Shown here one piece after another: positions 32,811 to 42,188 of a stretch of 64,000 bases of DNA. The notes below the pieces were generated by a model. It saw only the letters and a list, made by a program, of their open reading frames with translations, did no database searches and was not told the origin of the DNA. The position numbers were made by a program, and so were the translations under genes. The number at the start of each line of letters is the position of its first letter. Position 1 is the first letter of the stretch. The DNA is taken from NCBI GenBank assembly GCA_965644495.1, contig CBFFSA010000007.1:62001-126000 (forward strand). Direction: 5' to 3'. This DNA comes from Perkinsela sp. CCAP 1560/9 (Eukaryota; Protista; Euglenozoa: Kinetoplastea).

Positions 32811-33732
32811 AAAAAAATTTTGGCGCCGCTTCGCGGCGCCTTTTTTATGTACAAACACGTTCATGTGCAGAATAAGTTCTATTTAAGGGATGCGTTGTGG
32901 AAAAAACTAAGTTATTTTCGAGAAAATGGGAATAAAAAACAAACAAAAGATTACGGCACCGACTGGCAGCGCCATATTTGGGGGGGGGACAATAATAGTG
33001 GTTGTTTCCACTTATTGTGCCCCCCCTGCACAATAAGTAGCTCTAGGCACAATAACCCGGAACAGGGTTTATATCTTTTACAAGCAACAGAAACAAAAAA
33101 TAATAATAAAAAAGATTGTTTCTATTTTTTTTGAAAAAGTGTGCAAAATTTGTTCAATTCCACCCTTTTTTCGAAGCCGTACCTCAGCGGGACGTCCTCA
33201 AAAAGTAAGGGGACCTTACCGTACAGGGGTGGGCACGAAAATGTGCCCAAAATTTGTAAAACTTGGCCAATTTTGGAAAATAATAGCGCGTTAGAGAGCT
33301 CTCGCAGAGTTACGGGTCACCCAACTGCTCGTTTAAAACATTTTTCTTTTGTCAAAAGATACACGTTTTGGAAAATTAAAATTCTACAGTTAAGCCACTT
33401 TTTATTCTTTCTGCCCTTACTTTTGTTGTATGGCCCAGAGATTTTCAAACAACCGAAAGGTACAGAAACGTTCAAGGGGATGCTGCAGCCCTCGACAAAT
33501 AAAAGCATCCCACAGGATTGTCTTAGTAAAAAAATATAAGGAAGCTGGTTCTTTTGAAATTGAACTTCAATTATTGAAGCACACAGAAACGCTAAATGTT
33601 CTAAAAATCGATAAAAATTACATTATGCACTCAGAGATTGAATTATCGAAAGGAGAACGACATCTAGCAATTAGTTCTTTTGGCATAAAAAATATAATAT
33701 ATTTCCAGAGCCCTGATAAATACGTTATTTTC

Positions 33733-35424
33733 ATGCCCTCTTCTTTCGCGATAAAACCCATAGTACTTCTTCTCGGTACTGAATTCTTCGTACGCCTGGC
33801 ATACTATGGGGTTGTGTTTACGTTTGCGTCCTTCCTACAGTATCCTTTGTTGCTTTCACCGCAGAAGATCAACCTCGTGATAAACGCATTTTGGGCGATG
33901 TGCGCCGTGGCCTCTATTCTCTTCGGTATTACCGCTGACATTTGCTACAGAGGAGAAGTCAGTATTTTACGTGTGGGTGCCATGATTTACACAATTGCAC
34001 TTGGCATGCTCGCTTTTTCTGCCTATTTTGACGTTTTCGGTTTTCAGCGCCCCGGAATGGAAAGCCTTCACGTTGCTGGAGTCTCTTCGAACCACGTGGC
34101 GGTTACATTATTCCTCATCGGGATTCTACTATTCTCTTTGGGATATGGCGCCATAAAAACGACGATCGGTCCCTTATTAGGGAACATGGCTAGCTACATT
34201 GAAGAAACCAGCTCCACTGCGATGTCCTCAGAGGACTCTTCCACGGACCATGAAAAAAACTTCTCTCCCATGACACAGAGATTGTTTGGGATCTACTATT
34301 GGGTTATCAATGCTGGGGCGTTCATCGGCATTTTGCTGTGTCCGGAATTTTGCTCGCGGGCGGACAAGTACTGGAATGTTTGTCCCTCACAGATCTCCGG
34401 GTTGGACAAGTCCCACGCGGAGAGTAGGCCCGTGGAGGGAATTGTGCCGTGCGCGTCGTACTGGGCACCCTACGCGTTCTGCGCGCTTGTGAGTGTAGCA
34501 AGTTTGGTTCTCACAATTCTGTTTCGCTCGCCAAAGAAGAGACTTTCTGTAGATAAAGAGAATTTGACGCAAATCTCTGCGACTGATGCTGGGAAATCAG
34601 CCCATCGCGAGCAGCCTTTATCCTTTCACACGAAATTTCGTATAATCAAGAGCATACTTTTTGAAACTGTTACACGAACGGCGGACAAGCAAACCCCTGA
34701 AAGAGCTATGAATTCTCCAGTATTTGAGTTAGAGAAGAGAAAATTGAAACGAATTCTTACGCTCTTTGCTGTGCTACCCCTTTTCTGGGTTCTGGCTAAT
34801 CAGCAGTCTTCCAACTATATATTGCAGGCGAATTACATGGCCCGACCCTCGTGGTTAGCATCTCCGAGCGCTCTGAATGGACTAAACACCATAATTCTTC
34901 TCATCGTCATTCCGCTGCTGGAGATTATTTTTGCAAAAAGCGCGTTTGCTCACCGATTTAGCTCTCCGAAATGGCGAATCGCCGGAGGTTTACTCCTGTC
35001 TGCTATTGGCCTAGCCTACGCAGCCATTTTACAGTGGACGCTAGATAGCCGAGGAAATTTTGACACGCTGGGCAACTATGAGTTACACGGGAACGATAAA
35101 TTATCCATCTGGGTACAAGTTCCCCTGTACGTCGTGCAAAGTATTGCCGAGAGCTTGACAAGTATTACGACTCTTCAACTGGCCTATACTTGGGCACCTA
35201 CAATGCTAAAATCGTTTTGCATGTCATTATACATTTTTACATCATTTGTCGCCTCACTGGTTGGTATGACCCTTGTACCATTGTCGACCCCCTCACGCTT
35301 TGTGTACCTGTTTTCGGGCTGCGCATTCGCAATGCTCCTAGAATTTATCTTGTTTGTTGTGTTTTTTAACGATAATTTGCAAAGTGCGACTGATGATGAA
35401 TGTGCAAGATATTCTGGGCAATGA
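33733..35424 (+). CDS. POT/PTR2-family proton-dependent oligopeptide transporter (MFS)
   Basis: TEFFVRLAYYG, LGYGAIKT, FGIYYWVINAGAF, LSIWVQVPLY...AESL, AYTWAP...KSF, and about 12 hydrophobic segments. ATG 33733 is preferred over the longer open frame from 33430. Confidence 0.9.
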   Translation: MPSSFAIKPIVLLLGTEFFVRLAYYGVVFTFASFLQYPLLLSPQKINLVINAFWAMCAVASILFGITADICYRGEVSILRVGAMIYTIALGMLAFSAYFDVFGFQRPGMESLHVAGVSSNHVAVTLFLIGILLFSLGYGAIKTTIGPLLGNMASYIEETSSTAMSSEDSSTDHEKNFSPMTQRLFGIYYWVINAGAFIGILLCPEFCSRADKYWNVCPSQISGLDKSHAESRPVEGIVPCASYWAPYAFCALVSVASLVLTILFRSPKKRLSVDKENLTQISATDAGKSAHREQPLSFHTKFRIIKSILFETVTRTADKQTPERAMNSPVFELEKRKLKRILTLFAVLPLFWVLANQQSSNYILQANYMARPSWLASPSALNGLNTIILLIVIPLLEIIFAKSAFAHRFSSPKWRIAGGLLLSAIGLAYAAILQWTLDSRGNFDTLGNYELHGNDKLSIWVQVPLYVVQSIAESLTSITTLQLAYTWAPTMLKSFCMSLYIFTSFVASLVGMTLVPLSTPSRFVYLFSGCAFAMLLEFILFVVFFNDNLQSATDDECARYSGQ

Positions 35425-35766
35425 TTTCATTTTTTGACGATTATTAATCTTCGTGGAAGATGAATTAAAAAACTATTGTTTCATTCCATTAAAGGTTAAA
35501 TACAGTGGTGTTCAGCCTCTTTTACCCCCCCCCTACAGGTCTTGTATTTTGTCCGATTTTGGAAATATTTAGTATAACACCGTTTTTCGACCCAATCGTT
35601 CCGAATCCGAGGTCCTTTTCACTCGAGCGACCCCCTACCCCCCCTAGCCAGGTAGGGGTCAAAAAAGCTAATTGCGACTTTTTTCGGGGCATGTTTTCGA
35701 ATTTTTCGGATGAGGAACAGTAGTAAAGTAGGTCAGAAGACGTGGAAAAAGAGTACAAAGTAATCT

Positions 35767-36590
35767 CTAGTATTTAGTCATATGCCCTTTGGCCTCCTTG
35801 ACCAAAAGTAAACGTTTACGATAGTTCCGGAAGATATTCTTAAACGTTTCCGGTTGATCTTCGGAAAAAAAACGAAAAATTTCAATGATGGACTCCCGAA
35901 GTTGAGTCCTGTTTCGGGGTTTCAGCACATCCTTTACGCGGCGAGACATCGCTGCCCACCCCGTTTCAACGGGGTTTAAATCAGGGGAGAGAGGGGGGAA
36001 GTCAAGACGACGTTTCAGATACTTTTTTTTAACAATCGAGTGGGTGGGGGCGTTGTCCATTTGTAGGATGGGCTTCCGGTGCGAACGAAAAAAACTGGCC
36101 ATGCCACTTTCTTCATAAGCCAGTAAAATCTGTTCGGAGTTAACAGAAGCACCCTGTTCTCCCTCAAAGATGAAGAACAGACCGTAGTTATAGGAATACC
36201 CCATCCACACCATTATCCCCCTCACCCCAAAATGTTTTCCCCGCCGGTCCGATTGCCTCAGACGAGGTGCTCGCTTGCGACCGACGTAAAAGTCGGCGTT
36301 TGACCCCGCACAGCAACTGAACAGTTTTTCGTCGGTAAAAACAATGTTCAGGTAGTCAGCGTCACTCCACTTAAGCATGTCCTTCACATACTTAAGACGG
36401 AGTTGAATGTGACGCGGTTTGAGACCAAGGTCTTTGGCCTTGCGAAGGCGCCCATAGCCCTTAAAATTAAGAGCTCGCCGGACACTACTCAGGGAGCTTC
36501 CATGATTGCTTCGCACCTCGCGATGCACGACAGAGAACGTAGGACAACCCTCCACAGTATCCTTCGACACTCTCCGGCACGCAGAAACAC
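35767..36590 (-). pseudogene. second, N-terminally truncated transposase copy carrying the native C-terminus
   Basis: 777-bp duplicate of the segment at ~36590-37368, ending ...NYRKRLLLVKEAKGHMTKY*. Confidence 0.9.
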
Positions 36591-36616
36591 GTTTACAATA
36601 GTTCCGGAAGATATTC

Positions 36617-37606
36617 TTAAACGTTTCCGGTTGATCTTCGGAAAAAAAAACGAAAAATTTCAATGATGGACTCCCGAAGTTGAGTCCTGTTCCGGGGTTT
36701 CAGCACATCCTTTACGCGGCGAGACATCGCTGCCCACCCCGTTTCAACGGGGTTTAAATCAGGGGAGAGAGGGGGGAAGTCAAGACGACGTTTCAGATAC
36801 TTTTTTTTAACAATCGAGTGGGTGGGGGCGTTGTCCATTTGTAGGATGGGCTTCCGGTGCAAACGAAAAAAACTGGCCATGCCACTTTCTTCATAAGCCA
36901 GTAAAATCTGTTCGGAGTTAACAGAAGCACCCTGTTCTCCCTCAAAGATGAAGAACAGACCGTAGTTATAGGAATACCCCATCCACACCATTATCCCCCT
37001 CACCCCAAAATGTTTTCCCCGCCGGTCCGATTGCCTCAGACGAGGTGCTCGCTTGCGACCGACGTAAAAGTCGGCGTTTGACCCCGCACAGCAACTGAAC
37101 AGTTTTTCGTCGGTAAAAACAATGTTCAGGTAGTCAGCGTCACTCCACTTAAGCATGTCCTTCACATACTTAAGACGGAGTTGAATGTGACGCGGTTTGA
37201 GACCAAGGTCTTTGGCCTTGCGAAGGCGCCCATAGCCCTTAAAATTAAGAGCTCGCCGGACACTACTCAGGGAGCCTCCATGATTGCTTCGCACCTCGCG
37301 ATGCACGACAGAGAACGTAGGACAACCCTCCACAGTATCCTTCGACACTCTCCGGCACGCAGAAACACATGCTTCAACGTGCCTTTGTGTAAGGACCGTA
37401 CGCACCCCCTCGCGAGGTGGAGTACTGACATGCCCGTGCTCCTCATACTTCCGCACCCAATACTTTACAGTTCTGGGGGCAAGTTTATGGAGTTTTGCGA
37501 CTGCCTTATAGGACTTAAGTCGCTCGTAATCGATTACGAGTGCCGTACGCATCTCGGGGCGCACGCGGGAGGAAGGTAAACACAGGGGGCGGCGCCTCTT
37601 CGTCAT
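36617..37606 (-). CDS. Tc1-like transposase (HTH plus DDE), C-terminus frameshifted at a T9 run
   Basis: HTH SYKAVAKLHKLAPRTVKYWVRKY, FTDEK, IMVW, LQMDNAPTH, PPLSPDLNPVE. Confidence 0.92.
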   Translation of the reverse strand: MTKRRRPLCLPSSRVRPEMRTALVIDYERLKSYKAVAKLHKLAPRTVKYWVRKYEEHGHVSTPPREGVRTVLTQRHVEACVSACRRVSKDTVEGCPTFSVVHREVRSNHGGSLSSVRRALNFKGYGRLRKAKDLGLKPRHIQLRLKYVKDMLKWSDADYLNIVFTDEKLFSCCAGSNADFYVGRKRAPRLRQSDRRGKHFGVRGIMVWMGYSYNYGLFFIFEGEQGASVNSEQILLAYEESGMASFFRLHRKPILQMDNAPTHSIVKKKYLKRRLDFPPLSPDLNPVETGWAAMSRRVKDVLKPRNRTQLRESIIEIFRFFFRRSTGNV

Positions 37607-37971
37607 GAATCACCAATAAATGTACCAATTTTGAAAAAAATGTACTCTGTGAAAAAAAAATCGACTTTTTTGCAGTTTTTTTTCCGGTTTAGGTATGATA
37701 CAGATGTCCACGAGTGAAAAGGACCTCGGATTCGGAACGATTGGGTCGAAAAACAGTCCCATACAAAATATTTCCAAAATTGGACAAATTACAAGACCTG
37801 TAGGGGGGGGGGTAAAAGAGGCTGAACACTACTGTAAGTCTTCAACAAATGATGCAAGGATATTTTTTTTACGTTTACAATAGAAGAATTTCACTTGTAG
37901 AGCTTTATATTAGATTCTAAGCTTCTAGACTCGATTCTAAGCTTTAATACGCATTTTCATGGATAGTAATT

Positions 37972-38631
37972 ATGGATAGTAATCTACAATCCCAAATCAC
38001 GCTCGCATTAGACAGAACATGCCGTTCTCTGTACGAACTCAGCGACTCGGACATAGCAAAACTGATGTATAGCCGTGGACTCCTATCAAGACTAGAACTT
38101 GGGTATGTACAAAATGAAGTGGCATGCTCAGAAAAAAACGGCATGTCGTCCCACTCGTTTTTAATACAATGCATTGAGAGCGCAATAAAGCGCGGAGCCC
38201 ATCTGAACTACAACGCAAAAACATTGGCACGGGAAGGATCACCTGAAAGCGAAACCATCTACGAATTTTTGGAGTCGTTTATGCATCTTCCTGCCGTATC
38301 AAATGAACACAGTCAAGGGACAGGAAACGCTTTATGTAGACCCCGGGGGGAAGCGGCGCCTCAAAAACGATGCCACCAGGATGCATCGGGTAAAGAATGT
38401 CAGTACATTAATTTGTATGCGTTTTCTGATCAAACTCCATCAACACCCCTAGAGAATCAAGATACGCTCAGGTATTATAAATCTAGTTTAGAGGGAGAGA
38501 AGGCCTCAATCGACGGAGCAATTCGTAGACTTGAAAGGCTGCTAGGGGATATGAAAAAAGTTGTATCCACTGCGCGTACTGACTCAGAATTTGATACGCG
38601 CTTGACAAGCTTGATAAAAAAAGGTTGGTAG
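37972..38631 (+). CDS. hypothetical protein (219 aa)
   Basis: ATG-initiated ORF on the coding strand with a C-terminal coiled-coil-like segment. No family recognised. Confidence 0.6.
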   Translation: MDSNLQSQITLALDRTCRSLYELSDSDIAKLMYSRGLLSRLELGYVQNEVACSEKNGMSSHSFLIQCIESAIKRGAHLNYNAKTLAREGSPESETIYEFLESFMHLPAVSNEHSQGTGNALCRPRGEAAPQKRCHQDASGKECQYINLYAFSDQTPSTPLENQDTLRYYKSSLEGEKASIDGAIRRLERLLGDMKKVVSTARTDSEFDTRLTSLIKKGW

Positions 38632-38850
38632 AACTCTTAATGGAAGATATTCCCTCTCACATTTAGAATGTATTTTTTCAGTAAGAAATATACTGTCATT
38701 CGCTCTTTATACGTTGTTTTGTGTCTGAAGTGCACTCCTCTGTATATGGAGAGGAATAAGGGCATGCCTAATTTCGAAAAAAAAATAGATTATTGTTAAA
38801 CTTCGATGAATCCTTTCAGGGAACGGGTTTCTGTAGAAAACGTTTGAGCA

Positions 38851-39330
38851 ATGAGCTTATTGAGGATGCATCGTTCTTTCCAGTTGATGTCATATCTTTA
38901 CGTCCATAAGCGAGAATTTACTTCTGTCATTAGATGTGCTTACGGAAAGAACAACAAATCTTGTTCTAAACTTACAAAACGCGTTGTAATCACGCAAATG
39001 TCATACGTTCACGTATCAGGGACCGAATCACATCCATTGTATACCCTAAAACGGAATTTACACAGCGGTGTGCAATCTTCGGTACTGCGATTGTATAAAG
39101 ATCTACTGTTAGAAGCTGAAAAAAAGGAAGAACCGCATCGTAGATTGCTTCGCGAATACATTCGAGCGCAGTTTCGCGAGCGACAAAATATTCCTCGAAG
39201 AAATTTTGACCAGATAGAGTTCTACTTGAGAAACGGGCAAAAAAAGCTGGAGCTGCTCAGAAAAACCAAACAAACAGATGGCTTCGCTATTTATAATCCG
39301 AACAAGGGTGCTCATAAACATGTGAAATGA
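38851..39330 (+). CDS. SDHAF1: LYR-motif protein, succinate dehydrogenase assembly factor 1-like
   Basis: HSGVQSSVLRLYKDLL...IRAQFR...IPRRNFDQIEFYLRNGQKKLELL matches the SDHAF1/Sdh6 pattern. The true start could be further downstream. Confidence 0.75.
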   Translation: MSLLRMHRSFQLMSYLYVHKREFTSVIRCAYGKNNKSCSKLTKRVVITQMSYVHVSGTESHPLYTLKRNLHSGVQSSVLRLYKDLLLEAEKKEEPHRRLLREYIRAQFRERQNIPRRNFDQIEFYLRNGQKKLELLRKTKQTDGFAIYNPNKGAHKHVK

Positions 39331-39878
39331 AGAATCGGACCTTTTACTCCTATAGGTGAGGACACCAGATTTAAATGTATCGGTGGCTATGCGTTACAGC
39401 ACATCTTGTACAAATATACAATTTACAATGCGCCGATTGTCGTTTTTTCAGCTCTTTGCGTTCTACTACTACTTGTTCCGCTAGACCGAAAATGAATTCT
39501 CCGATTTCGGATTCACGAACTTCGTACAGGAGAATCATTTTGTGCGTGACTAAATGCAGGCATATGACACTACAGTGACAAAATGTGTAAGCTAAGTGTG
39601 TTGAAACTACAGAAAAGTTTACAATTGGGCAAATATTTGTCTAAGGAATCAATATTTTACAGAAGACACTCAATGTATAGAATTGTATAAAATCACAAAC
39701 AACATCTCAAACACTTCAGCAGAAAACAATACGAACCGCACTAGGTACATATACAGCAAAATTATACCAACTCTGCTGAATAGTACGAACGTGGAGAGTA
39801 TTTCTCTTTCAACTGAAGATTCATTTGATTTAAATACACAAAAAGAAAACTTCGTTTCTTCATTACGTTAATAAAAGC

Positions 39879-40910
39879 ATGTACAACAGGTATAGACTGC
39901 AAACTCTAGTCAGCAACGGCATTCGACTGCGATATCTCGACTTAAAGCCTAGCACTAAGGGGATTATGGACGGTAGTCCAACTTTACAACCTCAAAAAGC
40001 TACAGAATATCCGACGTGTGTTCTTCTGCATGGTTTCCCACAGCTTTGGTATGGATGGAAGTATCAAATACAACATCTTCACGAAAAGGGGTATCGAGTG
40101 ATTGCCCCAGACCTACGTGGCTACGGCGGTAGTGATGCTCCACCAGATGCTTCAAGCTATGACGTGTTTACGGTTACGCAAGATATGCTCGGGCTTCTTC
40201 AGCAACTTCACATACCCAACGCTGTTTTTATAGGTCACGAAATAGGAGCCGTAATCTCATACTTTATTGCGCTGTACCGACCTCACATCGTGCGCGGAAT
40301 TTGCGGACTCAGTGCACCACACATTGTTTGCTCCCCCACCATGAGCCCATTGAGGAATCTGGAAAACGACATGGGACCCCGATTTCATTACGTTCTGTAC
40401 CATAATGAGAAAGCAGCGGAAAGGGAGTATGACGCGCGACCAGAGGTGTTTCTCCGAAGGCTCTACTCGTTGGGGAGTGTGAGCTGTGAAAGCCCTGTGA
40501 TCATGTCACCCTATAGGGCAGCCGGAGATTCCTTTATTGATCGCCTTGGTGAACCAATAGCTCTACCTTGCTGGTTAGAAGCAGCTGATCTCGAGTACTT
40601 TGTTCAAAATTTTCGAAAGCGCGGATTCGCAGGACCTGTACATTATTTTCGCAATTTTATGCGCAATTGGAAACATTTTCTTAGCCTTAAGAACAAATTT
40701 ATTACGCAGCCCTCGACAATTGTACTTGGTGAAGCGGATCCTACTTTAGAATACTACTGCAACCAAAAACATATGCTAAGCAAGATGACCAGTTCTTTGA
40801 AAAATCCTATAGAGACGTCGATTCTTCCGAATACGGGCCATTTTCTACACTGGGAAAAGGCTGATCTTGTTAACAGCAAACTTGATGAACTTCTAAAGCA
40901 TTGCATTTAA
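39879..40910 (+). CDS. epoxide hydrolase-like alpha/beta hydrolase
   Basis: LLHGFP, APDLRGYGGSDAP, GHEIGA (nucleophile elbow), HYFRN, GEADP, GHFLHWE. Confidence 0.9.
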   Translation: MYNRYRLQTLVSNGIRLRYLDLKPSTKGIMDGSPTLQPQKATEYPTCVLLHGFPQLWYGWKYQIQHLHEKGYRVIAPDLRGYGGSDAPPDASSYDVFTVTQDMLGLLQQLHIPNAVFIGHEIGAVISYFIALYRPHIVRGICGLSAPHIVCSPTMSPLRNLENDMGPRFHYVLYHNEKAAEREYDARPEVFLRRLYSLGSVSCESPVIMSPYRAAGDSFIDRLGEPIALPCWLEAADLEYFVQNFRKRGFAGPVHYFRNFMRNWKHFLSLKNKFITQPSTIVLGEADPTLEYYCNQKHMLSKMTSSLKNPIETSILPNTGHFLHWEKADLVNSKLDELLKHCI

Positions 40911-41497
40911 TCAATTGCTACATTTTTGGTGCGAGACTTGGTGACCACTCTACGAAGACTTTCAAACATAGCATGGAGCCGTATGTCATACATGTATAAA
41001 TGCATTTATGCTACGGTATGCAAGAACGCTAAGGACACCGCGTCCTTATATACGCGCGACACCTGCGTATCATTATCGTCCAGTCAGTAATAGTATTACA
41101 GTATTAAATATTGTACTGTACCGAAGCGCTCATACTTTACGGTCCGGCTCAATCTACGGCTCATGCTTCGGGTCATGCGTGTATGGTGGGTTGCGGGTGC
41201 TGAGATTTCAGCAAAGTTTCACAAGGCGTCACATCTTCATTGTGTTGCCCATGGCACTTCTCTAACACCGCCTTTGGCATGCCCAAGCCTGGACAAAGTT
41301 ACGGTTTTAGTTTTTTTCTATTTCAATTTTTATAAAGTTACGGCTTTAGTTTCTAATCCATCTCGTAGCCTTAAAACGCTAAACAATTTGGGTCAAATAT
41401 TCGAACTGTCTATTAGTGTCGAAGCTTTATATTTCCGAGCATTAGACAAATATATTCGCTTTATTCTTTGACACCGAGAGCCTGGAACTCTCTTGCA

Positions 41498-41875
41498 ATG
41501 TTGTTCTATTTTATGTGCATGTTCGCTGTCTGGAACATTTCGCAAGACATAATCCATAGCAACATGTCGGCAAAAAACATTTCCGCTGCGACATGTACGT
41601 TGCGCAATGAGCCTAGACTTTGGCAACACGACAAAGGTGAATTTCGTCGATCGCGCGGTAAAAGTAACTCATGGGAGGAGATAAACGAAGAAGGACAGAT
41701 AACTTCACGATTCACGCAACAACAGTTATCGGGTCGTCAGGTCATTCTTCGAAATAATGAAAGAGACATTACTCTTGTATTGACAGAGGAAATGGCAGGA
41801 ATCCGTGGAAAAGGGCAAGAACAATTCCAACAGCTTTATGCTGGTTCTTGGGTGAAGATTGCAGATTGCACTTAG
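41498..41875 (+). CDS. small, probably secreted beta-rich protein
   Basis: Hydrophobic N-terminus from ATG 41498. Compact domain bounded by two Cys (ATCTLRNEPRLWQH...GSWVKIADCT). Confidence 0.65.
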   Translation: MLFYFMCMFAVWNISQDIIHSNMSAKNISAATCTLRNEPRLWQHDKGEFRRSRGKSNSWEEINEEGQITSRFTQQQLSGRQVILRNNERDITLVLTEEMAGIRGKGQEQFQQLYAGSWVKIADCT

Positions 41876-42188
41876 TACGAATGCGAATCGAGTGACATCA
41901 CAAATTCAGGCATTCTGACAGTTCGTAACACTGGCAGCCTGCAGTACCCGATTTATTGACGCAGAAAATTGTTTATACTGAAAGATGATCTGGAACGTAC
42001 ATCATATACACGTAACACATGCATCATGTACATGAGTAAAGTATGCTAATAAGAAATAACGCATAATCAAGTTTTAGCGATACTCGTTGTAGACTTTCAA
42101 GAATTATTAGTATTCCTAAAACCAAATTACACACATGTGTAGATTCGTGATCTATTGTATACCTAGTGTATTATTCAAGTAATTTCAA

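Larger units (their letters stand above)
30867..33069. mobile_element. non-autonomous TIR element (MITE-like, ~365 bp without inserts), outer layer of the nest
   Basis: Perfect inverted ends TAAACCCTGTTCCGGGTTATTGTGCC (30865-30890) and GGCACAATAACCCGGAACAGGGTTTA (33046-33071). The outermost TA may be the TSD. Multiple GCACAATAA subterminal motifs. Confidence 0.85.
35503..37834 (-). mobile_element. Tc1/mariner (ITm) DNA transposon with internal tandem duplication
   Basis: TA at 35501-35502 and 37835-37836. Imperfect TIRs of ~123 bp beginning CAGT (35503-35625 and 37711-37834). Transposase on the - strand. Confidence 0.95.

Noticed and set aside
30865-33071. piggyBac assignment for the outer element (CCC...GGG ends)
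   Set aside because: The flanks are TAAA and TTTA, not a duplicated TTAA.
33222-33250. TA-CAGGGGTGGGCA, resembling a Tc1-type terminus
   Set aside because: No matching inverted partner was found in the window.
33141-33732. ORF 33141..33539 and the N-terminal extension of the POT ORF from 33430
   Set aside because: AT-rich sequence next to the transposon nest with no family features. The POT motif begins just after ATG 33733.
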